Counted from the stretch's first letter, positions 20,101 through 31,480 are shown. The stretch: 64,000 bases of DNA from an uncultured delta proteobacterium (GCA_963810935.1 CAWEPK010000010.1:224001-288000); one strand, 5' to 3'. The notes: a model not told the origin generated them from the letters alone. Made by a program: numbers and translations.

Positions 20101-21126
20101 TTACTTGTTATAAGTCTTCATCCTCTCGCGGTAGAACTTCACGACCGCCTCTCCGGGCAGGCCCTTTGCTTTCATCTTTTTGACATAGTCATCGATCATC
20201 GGCTGGGCCTTCGCGGCCCATCTCGCGTCCTCTTCCGGCGACAGCTTCACGATCTTGATTCCCCTCTTCAGCGCAAAATCTTTGCCTTCCTTGTCTATGT
20301 CGTCCCACATCCTTCCCTGTTTCTCGATCCATTCCGAATCGATGGCGTCAATCGTCCTCTGGATGTCGGGAGGCAAGCTGTTCCACTTGGCCTTGTTCAT
20401 CCCCACCATCTGGACCCCGCTGTAGGACGACCCCCAGTTCTCGATGGAGTATTTCAGGACTTCGCCCAACTTGAAGCCGTGGAGCGCCTCGTAAGGAGCG
20501 TAAAGACCGTCCACTACCCCCCTGGATATAGCGTCGTAGGAATCGCCCATGGGCATCGCAACGGGCGCTGCGCCCAGGTTGGAGATAAATGCCGTGACCG
20601 GTCCGAAGGTCCTGATCTTGAGGCCCTTCATGTCTTCCAGCCTGGCCACCGGCTTGGTGGTATGTACTACGCCCGGCCCGTTTGCCTGCAGATAGAGCAC
20701 CTTGACTTCGTCGAACTCGGCCGGCTTGAATTTCGCGTAGTATTCGTTAGCCAGCTTTGTCGCCGCATAGCCGCTTTTGATCCCGAGCGGATATGCCAGC
20801 ACGTCCGATATGGGAAATTTTCCCATCGTGTAGCCGAGCACACAGAGCCCTATGTCGGTCACGTCCTTGACAATGCTCTCATAAGTCGTTGGGGGCGTCG
20901 TGAGGGTGCCGCCGGGAAAGTGCTGCACCTTTACCCTGCCGTTCGTCCTCTTCTCCACCTCCTTGCACCATTGCTCGGAGAGCACCGCATGTTTGTGATT
21001 CACGGGGAACATAGTCGAATAGCGCAAGATTATCGGCTTGACCTGCGCGGACGCGTGCGCCGCAAAAAAGCAGACACTCAGTAAAACCACGATCATTGAC
21101 AGGCAGAGCATCTTGTGAACTTTCAT
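20101..21126 (-). CDS. dctP: TRAP substrate-binding protein
   Basis: Signal peptide, DMKGLKIR and DAISRGVVDG motifs. Confidence 0.9.
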   Translation of the reverse strand: MKVHKMLCLSMIVVLLSVCFFAAHASAQVKPIILRYSTMFPVNHKHAVLSEQWCKEVEKRTNGRVKVQHFPGGTLTTPPTTYESIVKDVTDIGLCVLGYTMGKFPISDVLAYPLGIKSGYAATKLANEYYAKFKPAEFDEVKVLYLQANGPGVVHTTKPVARLEDMKGLKIRTFGPVTAFISNLGAAPVAMPMGDSYDAISRGVVDGLYAPYEALHGFKLGEVLKYSIENWGSSYSGVQMVGMNKAKWNSLPPDIQRTIDAIDSEWIEKQGRMWDDIDKEGKDFALKRGIKIVKLSPEEDARWAAKAQPMIDDYVKKMKAKGLPGEAVVKFYRERMKTYNK

Positions 21127-21448
21127 GGGCAAGCTCCTTATCTTATAGTCTACCGGCCCTCGGCCGATCGTGTATCTAATATACTTTGCAATATACTGCT
21201 TGGTATACATTATTGCGGAGTACCATGTCAAGCCTTTTTAGAAGCGTTAAAGTATATGCTCTATAAGTAATTATAATTACAGGTAATTATGCAACACAGA
21301 TTACGGCGACGTCGGTTTATGCTTTACAGGGCCACCCAAAATGTCTTTTTTTCTTCTTGACTCATTGTCCATTATGGATATAAATATACGAAGTTTTGTG
21401 ATTTGTTCACTATCGGCCGCAACGGCGAGTTGCAGGCAGGAGGTTATA

Positions 21449-22189
21449 ATGGGTCTCGGTTCGGAAGATTTGGCTATCCTTGAAAAATTGAAGCTCGATA
21501 TACGGCCGGTGGGTGTAAAGTACCTTGTCCGCCCCCCTGATTCGGCCGGCAGGCTCGATCAAAGGATCGCTCTTTGTGAGATGCTGAAAAGGGCACAGGA
21601 AGGCGACTGTTTTTATGCAGATGTCGAGAACCATACCTGTGAAGCCGGACCGTACATATTGGGACAAAGGGAAATCGAGCCGCAGTTTGTCAGCGGCCAG
21701 TATGGAGCGGGGCTGGGCGCGTTCAAGGACCCCCGAGCCGCCGCCAGACTGTACCATTATATCCCCAGGATCGCGAAGGGCGTAACGGACTACGTGATTT
21801 TTGCGCCTCTGGACAAACTCTCTTTCGATCCGGACGTCGTAATTTTTCTCTGCAACGTCAGCCAGACGTGGCTCCTGTTGAGGGCCATGAGCTACGAGAG
21901 CGGGGAGGCCTGGACGAGCCGATACTCAGCAGCAGTGGGATGCGCGTGGCTCTTCGTGCATCCTTATTTGAGCGGAGAGGTCAACTTTATCTCTTCCGGC
22001 CTTGGCTTCGGCATGAAGCGGAGGGGGCTCTTCCCCGAGGATCGTCAGTTCGTGTCAATCCCCTTTGACCGGTTGCCCTCAATGCTTAGGGTCTTACGGG
22101 AGATGCCATGGGTCCCCGAGCCTTTCCAGCCAAACGGGCTGGAGTTTGCCAAAGCGTTGAGGGCCAGGCTGGGCCTCGATCAATCATAG
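21449..22189 (+). CDS. DUF169 domain protein
   Basis: PVGVK, LCEM, FAPL...FDPDVVIF motifs. Confidence 0.8.
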   Translation: MGLGSEDLAILEKLKLDIRPVGVKYLVRPPDSAGRLDQRIALCEMLKRAQEGDCFYADVENHTCEAGPYILGQREIEPQFVSGQYGAGLGAFKDPRAAARLYHYIPRIAKGVTDYVIFAPLDKLSFDPDVVIFLCNVSQTWLLLRAMSYESGEAWTSRYSAAVGCAWLFVHPYLSGEVNFISSGLGFGMKRRGLFPEDRQFVSIPFDRLPSMLRVLREMPWVPEPFQPNGLEFAKALRARLGLDQS

Positions 22190-22316
22190 ATGCACGCATA
22201 GAAACTATTACGCACTGTCGAAAATAGCTACCACCCACTGAGTGGTAACAGCTTCTTCTACGGCATCCGATGTTCGGCGTTTAGTAAACGGTTAGAAAAC
22301 CCTGCTTACAGGCAAT

Positions 22317-22346
22317 AAAAAAGGTTCCCAATTTCTCGGAAACCCT
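22317..22346 (-). terminator. Rho-independent terminator after the tRNA
   Basis: AGGGTTTCC...GGGAACCT stem followed by a T-run. Confidence 0.65.
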
Positions 22347-22360
22347 CTGTATTACTGAAA

Positions 22361-22434
<74 letters not shown>

Positions 22435-22466
22435 GCCTAAAACATAACCTCTATCGACCATTAAAG

Positions 22467-23342
22467 TCAACTCAATCTTTGGAACTGCGCGACCGTATCG
22501 CCCAGTTCTGCAAGGCTTCGCGCGACTATGACCCCCGCTTCCGTAAGGGCCTTTACCTTCGCCTGTGCGCCCCCCTGCCCCCTCGATATGATCGCCCCGG
22601 CGTGGCCCATGCGCCTGTCGGGAGGGGCCGTGAGGCCGGCAATGAGCGCTACCATGGGCTTGGTCATCTTCGACCGGAAGAACTCGGCCGCCTCCTCTTC
22701 CTGGCTGCCGCCGATCTCCCCTATCAGGACAACGGCCTCGGTTTCGCCGTCTTCTTCGAAAAGGCCGAGGACTTCGACGAACGAGAGGCCCACTACCGGG
22801 TCGCCCCCTATGCCTATGCACGTCGATTGCCCGATGCCGAGCGGCGTAAGCTGGTGGACCGCCTCATAGGTGAGCGTGCCGCTGCGGGAGACGATCCCCA
22901 CCGGCCCTTTCCTGTGGATATAGCCCGCCATAACACCTATCTTGCACTCACCCGGCGAGATGACGCCGGGCGTATTCGGTCCTATGAGGCGCACGCCTTT
23001 TTCGTCGAGGTAGCGGACTGCCCTAATCGTGTCAAGGACAGGGATGCCCTCCGCGAGGCAGACGACCAGACGGACGCCTGCATCAGCCGCCTCCATGACA
23101 GCATCTGCCGCGAAAGCAGCGCGCACGAAGACTGCCGAGGCGTTCGCGCCGGTTGCGGCCACAGCTTCACGGACAGTGTTGAATACGGGGATGCCAAGGT
23201 GCACCAAGCCGCCCTTGCCCGGCGTCACGCCCGCGACTACTTTAGTGCCGTATTCCCGCATCTGCGCCGTGTGGAAAGCGCCTTCTGCGCCCGTTATGCC
23301 CTGCACCACCACGCGGGTCTCTTTGCCGACGAGTATGCTCAA
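22467..23342 (-). CDS. sucD: Succinyl-CoA synthetase alpha subunit
   Basis: [16 protein letters not shown] and MGHAGA (phospho-His) motifs. Confidence 0.96.
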   Translation of the reverse strand: MSILVGKETRVVVQGITGAEGAFHTAQMREYGTKVVAGVTPGKGGLVHLGIPVFNTVREAVAATGANASAVFVRAAFAADAVMEAADAGVRLVVCLAEGIPVLDTIRAVRYLDEKGVRLIGPNTPGVISPGECKIGVMAGYIHRKGPVGIVSRSGTLTYEAVHQLTPLGIGQSTCIGIGGDPVVGLSFVEVLGLFEEDGETEAVVLIGEIGGSQEEEAAEFFRSKMTKPMVALIAGLTAPPDRRMGHAGAIISRGQGGAQAKVKALTEAGVIVARSLAELGDTVAQFQRLS

Positions 23343-24517
23343 CCGGAAGCCCCCTTTCCCATCATCTCAACCCGTATGCTTCCGACGGCCTCCTTTAGGC
23401 TCGCGGCCGGAATGAAGCGTATGCCGGAAGCGGCGAGTATTTTCTGTCCCTGCTCTTTGTTCGTCCCCTCCAATCTTACGACTACCGGGACCCGGATGGG
23501 GAATTCCTTCGCCCCGGCCGCGATGCCTTCAGCAAGGGTGTCACACCGCAGGATACCCCCGAATATGTTGACGAACAGCAGCTTGACGTCCGGGTCGGAA
23601 AGGAGGATCCGCAGGCCCTCCTTCACCATTGCGGAGGTCGCTCCACCCCCCACGTCGAGAAAATTGGCCGGCTCGGCGCCCGCGAGCTTGATCAGGTCCA
23701 TCGTCGCCATGGCGAGCCCGGCGCCGTTGACCATGCATCCCACGTTGCCTTTCAGCTTTATGTAGTTCAGACCCGCTTTGCGGCCCTGCGCCTCCAGGCT
23801 GTTCTCGTCATCAACGGCGGCAAGGGCGGCAAGGGCGGGCTGGCGGAAAAGGGCGTTGTCGTCGATTACGACCTTGGCGTCGAGGGCCGATATACGGCCG
23901 GCCTCCGTCACCGCCAGCGGGTTGATCTCAACGATCGAGCAGTCGCACTCCTTGAAAAGCTTATAGAGCGCCAGGGCGCAAGATGCCAAAGCGCCCACGA
24001 GCTTAAGCGGGATGTCCAGCGAGAAAAAGGAGGCCGATGCCTGAAAAGGAAGCAGGCCGAAAGCCGGGTCGATATATTCGACCTTGACCAATTCGTGCGA
24101 TTCCGCAGCCAGCTCCTCTATCTCCACGCCACCGCTCGCGCTCACGATGAGGGCTGGGCACTTTTTCGCCCTGTCGATCGTAAGGCCGACATAAAGCTCC
24201 ATGGCTGCATCCACGGCCTCTTCGATGAGCAGGCAATCGACGGGTTGCCCCTCCGGCCCCGTTTGCGCAGTCACGAGCCTGGCGCCGAGAAGGGCCGATG
24301 CAGCGGCCTCTACCTCTTCGATGCTGTGAGCAATACGTATGCCTCCGGCCTTGCCCCGCCCGCCCGCGTAGGTCTGCGCCTTCACGGCAACCGGGAATGC
24401 GGCGAGCACCTTTGCGGCTGCGGCGGCGTCCTCCACGCTTTTCGCCGTAAACCCCGTCGGAACGGATATGCCGTATCTTCTTAAAAGCTCCTTCGCCTGG
24501 TATTCGTGGATTTTCAC
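23339..24517 (-). CDS. sucC: Succinyl-CoA synthetase beta subunit
   Basis: [27 protein letters not shown] and NIFGGI motifs. Confidence 0.96.
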   Translation of the reverse strand: MKIHEYQAKELLRRYGISVPTGFTAKSVEDAAAAAKVLAAFPVAVKAQTYAGGRGKAGGIRIAHSIEEVEAAASALLGARLVTAQTGPEGQPVDCLLIEEAVDAAMELYVGLTIDRAKKCPALIVSASGGVEIEELAAESHELVKVEYIDPAFGLLPFQASASFFSLDIPLKLVGALASCALALYKLFKECDCSIVEINPLAVTEAGRISALDAKVVIDDNALFRQPALAALAAVDDENSLEAQGRKAGLNYIKLKGNVGCMVNGAGLAMATMDLIKLAGAEPANFLDVGGGATSAMVKEGLRILLSDPDVKLLFVNIFGGILRCDTLAEGIAAGAKEFPIRVPVVVRLEGTNKEQGQKILAASGIRFIPAASLKEAVGSIRVEMMGKGASG

Positions 24518-24629
24518 GGTTCTCCCGCCCCTTTCTTTGCCGCGCAACTCGGATTGCGGCACACTGTTATATTCACTTAATATCACCTGCCGGGGCCCGG
24601 ATCAATAGAAATCTCCCGGCGGCCGCCAG

Positions 24630-24659
24630 TTGCGAAGGGGGGCGGCCATGTGATAGACT
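24630..24659 (+). promoter_or_regulatory. Putative sigma70 promoter upstream of a structured leader
   Basis: TTGCGA-N18-TAGACT with an extended -10 TG. Confidence 0.4.
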
Positions 24660-24670
24660 TCGTTACCAAT

Positions 24671-24769
24671 TAATACCCTGCTGCAAGCAGGGTAATTAAA
24701 GCAAGCGTAGCGCCGCGCCGAGGGGGGGAGGCTCCATGAGCTTTGCTCATGGAGGGGGCGCTGAGCCCC
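24671..24769. repeat. Cluster of palindromic hairpins (REP-like element or structured leader)
   Basis: TACCCTGCT-GCA-AGCAGGGTA, CTCCATGAGC-TTT-GCTCATGGAG and GGGGC-N5-GCCCC. Confidence 0.6.
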
Positions 24770-24793
24770 AATAGTTGAACCATATAGAAAGGC

Positions 24794-25936
24794 ATGCTAA
24801 TGAACATCCCTATGATCAACCTGAAAGAGCAGTACAAGAAGATTCGCAAAGGCCTCCTGCCGAAGCTCCACGAGATACTCGAAGAGCAGAGGCTCATAAT
24901 GGGGAGGTACTGCGGAGAGCTGGAAAAGACCATCGCCGACTTCTCGGGCCTGCCCCATGCCGCCGTATGCGCGAACGGCACTGACGCCCTCATCCTGTCC
25001 CTCATGGCGCTTGGCATAAAAGATGGCGACGAGGTCGTCACGACGCCTTACACGTTTTTTGCGACGGCCAGCTCGATCTGCCTTACCGGCGGCCGGCCCG
25101 TTTTCGTCGATATAAAGCCTTCGGACATGAACATCGACCCCGACCTCATCGAACGGGCGATCACAAAGAAAACGCGCGCTATAGCGGTAGTCCATCTTTT
25201 CGGCAAGTTGTGCGACATGGACAGGGTGCTCGCAATCGCCAAAAAGCACAAAGTAGCCGTAATCGAGGACATGGCGCAGTCGCTGGGGGCCAGGCGCGGC
25301 GGCGTCGCATCGGGCGCATTCGGCGACATTGCGGCCATAAGCTTTTATCCGACGAAAAACCTGGGCGGCATCGGCGAGGGCGGCATGGTCCTGAGCAAGC
25401 GGGCCGATGTCTTCGAGCGGGCAAAAAACCTCAGGGTGCACGGCATGGCCGAGCACACTTACTACCATGATATGATAGGCATCAACAGCAGGCTCGATGA
25501 GATTAAGGCGTGCGCCCTGCTCGAAAAATTCCCCCACCTGGAAGAATGGAACCGAAAGCGCATCGAGAACGCCATGTTCTATAATAAATCGCTTCGCGAC
25601 CTGCCCGTAATGCTCCCCGAGAACGATGGCAAGGGCGACCATATCTTCCACCAGTATGTTATGAGGGTGGAGCGAAGAGACGAGATGAAAGATTTTCTTC
25701 TGAAGAAGGGCATACAGACAGGCATCTACTACCCGCTGCCCCTCCACCTCCAGCCGTGTTTTAAGTACCTGGGCTACAAGAAGGGGAACCTCAAGGAGGC
25801 AGAGGCGGCCGCGCTGACGAGCCTTGCCCTGCCCGTCTTTCCCGAGCTTAAAAAAACCGAGAAAGAGCATATAATGGCTTCCATCAGAGAATTTTACGAA
25901 AAAAGCTCCGGTTCGAAAGGAGCGAAGGCGCGATAG
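24794..25936 (+). CDS. DegT/DnrJ/EryC1/StrS PLP-dependent sugar aminotransferase
   Basis: NGTDAL, VIEDMAQ, SFYPTKNLG and NSRLDE motifs. Confidence 0.93.
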   Translation: MLMNIPMINLKEQYKKIRKGLLPKLHEILEEQRLIMGRYCGELEKTIADFSGLPHAAVCANGTDALILSLMALGIKDGDEVVTTPYTFFATASSICLTGGRPVFVDIKPSDMNIDPDLIERAITKKTRAIAVVHLFGKLCDMDRVLAIAKKHKVAVIEDMAQSLGARRGGVASGAFGDIAAISFYPTKNLGGIGEGGMVLSKRADVFERAKNLRVHGMAEHTYYHDMIGINSRLDEIKACALLEKFPHLEEWNRKRIENAMFYNKSLRDLPVMLPENDGKGDHIFHQYVMRVERRDEMKDFLLKKGIQTGIYYPLPLHLQPCFKYLGYKKGNLKEAEAAALTSLALPVFPELKKTEKEHIMASIREFYEKSSGSKGAKAR

Positions 25937-25946
25937 GGCGAACGAT

Positions 25947-26273
25947 ATGAGGAAGAAGGGCTATCATATCATAAAGCGGCCGGGCTCTTCCGCAGCACCT
26001 CAAAAAACGGTCGAGGAGATCGTAAAAGAGGCAAAACAGGCCACCAAGGGGAACTACCGCGAGCAGTCGCTCGAAATCCATGGTTTGATCTGCGCCAAGT
26101 GCGCACGTGAATTCGAGGAGAAGGACCGGCACCTCCTGACGGTGCACCACCGCGACGGCAACCCCAACAACAACCCCCCGGACGGCTCCAACTGGGAAAA
26201 CCTCTGCGTTTACTGCCATGACGACGAGCACAGCAGGGGCCTGACCGGCGACTACCACGAGCGAGGAAGATGA
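25947..26273 (+). CDS. yajD: YajD-family HNH nuclease
   Basis: CAKCAREF...LTVHHRDGN..NNPPDGSNWENLCVYCHDDEH. Confidence 0.88.
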   Translation: MRKKGYHIIKRPGSSAAPQKTVEEIVKEAKQATKGNYREQSLEIHGLICAKCAREFEEKDRHLLTVHHRDGNPNNNPPDGSNWENLCVYCHDDEHSRGLTGDYHERGR

Positions 26274-26413
26274 TCTCCCGGTAACAGGCGCACCATGCGT
26301 ATCGCCGGCCCGGAGAACCCCTTTACATCGTAAAAGCGATATTATATAAAACATTGCAGCGCCCGGACATCCTGCGCTAATGGGTGCGAAAAAGAACATA
26401 CGGAGGCAACTAT

Positions 26414-27628
26414 ATGCGGATAACCCAGAGGCGGATTTTCTCCTCTATTCTTTGCGCGGCGCTGCTGCTCCTCACGCTCTGCACCCTCGTTGCCGCCCAG
26501 GAGCAGGACAACAAGGCACGTGCAGCGGGGCCTGAGAGGGGCATAGCCGTATTCACCGAGTATTCCGGCGTCACAGTCGGCATCGGCGAGCCGGTGAGAA
26601 TGGACCTGATCCTCCTTAACAAGGGCCGCAGCGACGAAACGATAAACGTGAAGCCCGCCGAGGTCCCTAAAGGCTGGAAAGTCACGCTCAAAGGGGGCAG
26701 CTACGACATATCGGGCCTTTACGTGCCGGCGGGAAAGACGAAGAATGTAACACTGGCCCTGGAGCCGGCCAAGGGCGTGCGCCCCGGCGACTATGTTTTC
26801 GGTTTCGAGGCCGTGACTGCGGACGGCGCGTTCAGTGCGAAGCACAATCTTAAAGTAGTCGTGCTCGCCAAGACGGCCGAAGGCAACGATATACAGTTGA
26901 CTACGTCGTACCCTGTCCTCCGGGGCCCGACGGATTCAAAGTTCGAGTTCTCGCTGGAAGTGCTCAACAAGAGCGATGCGGAAAGAACGCTCAACATAAT
27001 AGCCGCAGGCCCCGAGAAGTGGGAGATCACGACAAAGCCGGCTTATGAAGAGAAGCAGATATCGAGCTTCAGGGTGAAAGGCGGCCAGAGCCAGAACGTG
27101 ACGGTGCAGGTCACCCCGGCGAAAGACGCGCCCGCTGGCGAATACCCGGTTTTTGTCCGCGTCTCCTCGGGTGAGAAGCGCACGGAAGTCAGACTGCTGG
27201 TCGTGCTTACGGGCATTTACAAACTGGATGCCGCAACGCCCAACAACCTCCTTTCCATCGAGGCGGTGCCCGGGCAGGTATCGCGATTCAACTTCTTCGT
27301 CAAGAACACGGGTTCTGCGGTCAATAACCGCATCGCCTTCGATTCTTTCAAGCCTGAGAACTGGACCGTGGAGTTCAAGCCCGACAAGGTCGATGGGCTC
27401 AAGCCAGGTGACGTAAAACAGATCGAAGTCAGCGTAAAGCCGAACGCGCAGGCCCTAGTCGGCGACTACTCGGTAGGCATCGCAATAAATGGCGAAAAGG
27501 CCGACAAGACCCTGGAGATGCGCGTCACCGTGCGCTCGTCCTCGGCATGGGGCTGGATAGGGATAGGCATCATCCTCTTCGTTATCGCAGGGCTTTGCGC
27601 CCTGTTCGTCTGGCTTGGGAGACGGTAA
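26414..27628 (+). CDS. Membrane-anchored NEW3 (NPCBM-associated) domain protein
   Basis: Signal peptide, three Ig-like repeats (P.GW.V, A..GDY) and a C-terminal TM ending in GRR. Confidence 0.75.
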   Translation: MRITQRRIFSSILCAALLLLTLCTLVAAQEQDNKARAAGPERGIAVFTEYSGVTVGIGEPVRMDLILLNKGRSDETINVKPAEVPKGWKVTLKGGSYDISGLYVPAGKTKNVTLALEPAKGVRPGDYVFGFEAVTADGAFSAKHNLKVVVLAKTAEGNDIQLTTSYPVLRGPTDSKFEFSLEVLNKSDAERTLNIIAAGPEKWEITTKPAYEEKQISSFRVKGGQSQNVTVQVTPAKDAPAGEYPVFVRVSSGEKRTEVRLLVVLTGIYKLDAATPNNLLSIEAVPGQVSRFNFFVKNTGSAVNNRIAFDSFKPENWTVEFKPDKVDGLKPGDVKQIEVSVKPNAQALVGDYSVGIAINGEKADKTLEMRVTVRSSSAWGWIGIGIILFVIAGLCALFVWLGRR

Positions 27629-28380
27629 TGGAGGGAAGGCCCGTTATAGAGACCGTAGGCCTGAAGAAGGTGTACGGCTCTCAGATCGCGGTAGACGGCC
27701 TGACGCTGAGCATCGCGGAAGGTGAGGTGTTCGGGTTCCTCGGGCCTAACGGCGCGGGCAAGACAACGACCCTGCTCATGCTACTCGGTCTCACCCAGCC
27801 GACTGCGGGCCATGCCGTTGTCTGTGGGTTCGACCCGGCCAAAGACCCTATCAGAGTGAAGGAGAAGGTCGGCTACCTGCCCGAGAACGTAGGTTTCTAC
27901 GACGAAATGGACGCGAGGCAGAACCTGCGGTTCGTGGCCAGGCTCAACCGCCTGCCCGACAAAGTGTCCGCACCTAAAATCGATTCGCTGCTCGACGCTG
28001 TGGGTCTCCTCGGCGAAGCCAAAAAGAAGGTTGGGGCTTATTCCAAAGGGATGAGGCAGAGGCTCGGCATCGCGGAGGTCCTGGTCAAATCGCCGAAGGT
28101 GGTCTTCCTCGACGAGCCGACGGTGGGCCTCGACCCGGACGGCACGAACCGCATGCTCGATCTGATCCATTCGCTGAGCAGGGACAAGGGCATTACCGTC
28201 TTTCTCTCTTCCCACCTGCTCGACCAGGTACAGCGCATTTGCGATAAAGTGGGCATCATGATCAAAGGCAAGCTTGTGGCAACAGGCCATATCGACGACC
28301 TTGCCCGCGAGAAGCTCGGGGATGAGACCGGAGCATCGAGTCTCGAAGAAATTTACATGAAGTACTTCAAGGAGGCCTGA
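27628..28380 (+). CDS. ABC transporter ATP-binding protein
   Basis: GPNGAGKTT, YSKGMRQRLG and LDEPT motifs. Confidence 0.95.
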   Translation: MEGRPVIETVGLKKVYGSQIAVDGLTLSIAEGEVFGFLGPNGAGKTTTLLMLLGLTQPTAGHAVVCGFDPAKDPIRVKEKVGYLPENVGFYDEMDARQNLRFVARLNRLPDKVSAPKIDSLLDAVGLLGEAKKKVGAYSKGMRQRLGIAEVLVKSPKVVFLDEPTVGLDPDGTNRMLDLIHSLSRDKGITVFLSSHLLDQVQRICDKVGIMIKGKLVATGHIDDLAREKLGDETGASSLEEIYMKYFKEA

Positions 28381-28382
28381 GG

Positions 28383-29345
28383 TTGGGCGGCATCTTCTCT
28401 ATATTCAGGAAGGAAATGGAGGACTACTTCTCCAGCATCCGGTTCGTGCTGATCGCGGCGCTGATAGTAATGGTAGGCATCATTGTCGCCTCGATGGTCG
28501 GCATGACCATCCGCGAAGAGGTCAGGGGCATGGCGAAGCCGACACTCCTTTTCCTCTATCTTTTCACGTCTACGGGCAAGCTTTTCTCGTTCATCCAGTT
28601 CATCGGCTTCTTCGGCCCCCTGATCGGCATTGTGCTCGGCTTCGACGCCATAAACCGTGAGCGGGCATCGAGGACGCTTGCCAAGCTCGTCTCCCAGCCC
28701 ATTTACCGGGATTCGATCGTCAACGGCAAATTCCTGGCAGGCGTAACTACCATCGCCATCATCCTCGTCTCCATCATGCTCATCATATCGGGCATCGGCA
28801 TCAAGATGCTCGGCATCGTGCCCGGCGCCGAGGAGCTGCTCCGCCTTGCCGTCTACCTGGTGGTAAGCCTCCTCTATATCTCATTCTGGCTCGGCATATC
28901 GATCCTCTTTTCAGTCATGTTCAAGAGCACGTCCACCTCGGCGCTGGCGGCCCTGGCGCTGTGGATATTCTCGTCCTTCCTGGTGCCCCTGGGGGCAGGC
29001 TTCATATCCGACGCCGTCGCTCCCGTCGGGCAGACGAGCGGAAGCGAGGTCGAGACCGTACTGAAGCACGCGGAAGTACAGCAGACCATATCTCTGTTTT
29101 CGCCCACGAAGGTTTACGGTGACGCGACTTCGACAGTGCTCGATCCGATGCGCAAGACGACAAACTCCGTGGTGCTCGTCGGCCCCCTCGAAAGGATGTC
29201 GCAGGAGCGCTTTCAGAACCCGCTGCCCATGCGGGAGAGCCTTGCCATTGTGGCGCCGCATTTGGTCTCGCTCTTTGCGCTGACGTTCCTTTGCTTCGGC
29301 ATCTGCTACCTGGTATTCATAAAGCAGGAGATACGGACGGTATAG
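28383..29345 (+). CDS. ABC-2 type permease
   Basis: LGFDAINRER..RTL..LVSQPI motif; multiple TM segments. Confidence 0.9.
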   Translation: MGGIFSIFRKEMEDYFSSIRFVLIAALIVMVGIIVASMVGMTIREEVRGMAKPTLLFLYLFTSTGKLFSFIQFIGFFGPLIGIVLGFDAINRERASRTLAKLVSQPIYRDSIVNGKFLAGVTTIAIILVSIMLIISGIGIKMLGIVPGAEELLRLAVYLVVSLLYISFWLGISILFSVMFKSTSTSALAALALWIFSSFLVPLGAGFISDAVAPVGQTSGSEVETVLKHAEVQQTISLFSPTKVYGDATSTVLDPMRKTTNSVVLVGPLERMSQERFQNPLPMRESLAIVAPHLVSLFALTFLCFGICYLVFIKQEIRTV

Positions 29346-29368
29346 CGGACCGGTTCACGAGAGAGATT

Positions 29369-30318
29369 TCACGTCCTGTTCTTCAGAAACGGGTGGTAGT
29401 CGCCGCGCAGGGGCGCCTGGTTCGCGTTCCTTATCTCGAAGACCGTCTGTATGGCAGGCTTCACGTCGTCGAGGCCGAACCCCTTCCCTTCGATTATGGC
29501 ACGGTAGCTCTCCGTGTGGAGATCGGTGAAACCATCCGAGAATTCGACTCCCGGTTGTCCAGAGTGATCGAACGGTAGGTGGTCTTGCCCGAAGCCACAG
29601 CGGCTTGCGGCAAATCGGCCGCTTCCAGCGACAGGAACCAGCGCACGCGCGCGTGCTCCAGCTCTAGAAAGCCCGCAGCCCGTGTCGGCTGCGACAGGTG
29701 GACGACGTTCCACTGCGTCTTTCCGAATATCCACTGTATCATATCGAAGAAGTGGACGCCGATGTTCGTGGCGATTCCGCCGGACCTCGACACGTCGCCT
29801 TTCCACGAGACAAGGTACCAGTGTCCTCTCGACGTGATGTATGTCAGGTCGATATCGACCTTCTTTTCCGGCGGCGACGCTTCAATCCGCTCCTTGAGCG
29901 CCCTGATGACGCTGTGCAGCCTGAGCTGGAGTATGGCGCTCACCCTGCGGCCCGTGTCGGTCTCGATCTCCTTTAGCGCGTCGACATTCCAGGGATTCAG
30001 GACCATCGGCTTTTCGCAGACGGCATCGGCCCCTACCCGCAGTGCGAAGCGGATATGGGCGTCGTGCAGGTAGTTCGGGGACGCGATGCTCACATAGTCC
30101 ACCCGCTTCTCCGGCCCAAGGCGCTTCAGCTTCTCGATATGCCTGTCGAACCTCTCGAATTCGACAAAGAAATCGGACGCAGGGAAATAGCTGTCCATGA
30201 CGCCGACTGCGTCATGCTTGTCCAGGGACGCGACGAGGTTGTTCCCCGTCTCCCTGATCGCTCTCATGTGGCGGGGCGCAACATAGCCGGCCGCACCGAT
30301 CAATGCAAAATTTTTCAT
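29369..30318 (-). CDS. wbpB: WbpB-like UDP-GlcNAcA 3-dehydrogenase, Gfo/Idh/MocA family (frameshift near 29550)
   Basis: FALIGAAGYVAPRH, SPNYLHDAH and TNIGVHFFD; C-terminal EFSDGFTDLHT in another frame. Confidence 0.85.
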
Positions 30319-30322
30319 CGGC

Positions 30323-31480
30323 TCACCCCTTTCTCCTGGTGTTATCGGTTTGCATGAAGTCCATGGCGGCCTTTACAACCGCCCCCGCCTGTTCATCGCT
30401 CATAAGCGGCTCCATGGGGAGGCTCAGGACTTCCCGCGCCGCAGCTTCCGCCCGGTCGAGTGGGAAGACCGCCGCTGACGCGGAGAAGAGCCGCATAAGG
30501 TGGAGTGGATAAGGATAATAGACCGCGCTGTCGATCCCGCTTCCCGCAAGGTGCTCCTTCAATGCGTCACGACGGCCGGCTTCGACGCGCACCGTGTACT
30601 GGTGATAAACGTGGCCGTCGTTATCGCCGGGCGCGACTAAACCGTCGAGCCCGGAGAGTCTGCTGCCATAGAAGGCGGCGAGGTGGCGGCGGCGGGCGTT
30701 CAGCTCGTCGATATACGGAAGCTTCGCCAGAAGCACCGCGGCCTGAAGCGTGTCCATCCGGGCGTTGTAACCTACGTGTTCCACGTTGTATTTGTCATTG
30801 CCGCCGTGTTTCAAAAGCATCCGCACAACGTCCGCGAGCTCACTGTCTTTTGTTGAAACAAGCCCCGCGTCGCCGAAGCACCCCAGGTTCTTGGAGGGGA
30901 AGAAGCTGAATGCAGCCGCATCGCCCAGGGACCCGCACTTCTTGCCGCCGTGAGACGCTCCAAAGGCCTGGGCGACGTCCTCCAGGACGAAAAGCCCCCG
31001 GTCCTTCGCTATAGACAGTATCTCCTCCATGGGGCACGGCCTGCCGTATAGGTGCACGGGCAATATGCCCACAGAGTTGAGATGGGTGGAGGAAAGGCAG
31101 GCATTTATCCGTGCCGGATCTATGTTGAAAGTGGCCGGATCGATATCGACAAAAAGAGGGGTCGCGCCTGCGCGCAGGATCGCGTCTCCGGTGGCAGTGA
31201 AGGTAAAGGGCGTAGTGATAACCGCGTCGGTCCTGTCGAAGTATTCCTTTCCTTTAGTTTTAATGGCAAGGGCGCGAAGCGCGAGGACGAGGGCGTCCGT
31301 CCCGGAGGAGGCGCCTATGCAGTGGACAACCCCCAGGTAGCCGGCCGCCGCCTTCTCGAACCGGCCGACCTCCGGCCCGAGTATCCAGTGCTGGTGGTCG
31401 AGGCAGGTGCGTATCGCCGCGTCTATCCCGGCCTTCATGTACTCATATTCGCGGCCGAGGTCGAGCAGCGGCACTGTCAT
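30323..31480 (-). CDS. DegT-family aminotransferase, WbpE-like
   Basis: SGTDAL, EDVAQ, SFFPSKNLG and NARMDTLQAA motifs. Confidence 0.9.
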   Translation of the reverse strand: MTVPLLDLGREYEYMKAGIDAAIRTCLDHQHWILGPEVGRFEKAAAGYLGVVHCIGASSGTDALVLALRALAIKTKGKEYFDRTDAVITTPFTFTATGDAILRAGATPLFVDIDPATFNIDPARINACLSSTHLNSVGILPVHLYGRPCPMEEILSIAKDRGLFVLEDVAQAFGASHGGKKCGSLGDAAAFSFFPSKNLGCFGDAGLVSTKDSELADVVRMLLKHGGNDKYNVEHVGYNARMDTLQAAVLLAKLPYIDELNARRRHLAAFYGSRLSGLDGLVAPGDNDGHVYHQYTVRVEAGRRDALKEHLAGSGIDSAVYYPYPLHLMRLFSASAAVFPLDRAEAAAREVLSLPMEPLMSDEQAGAVVKAAMDFMQTDNTRRKG

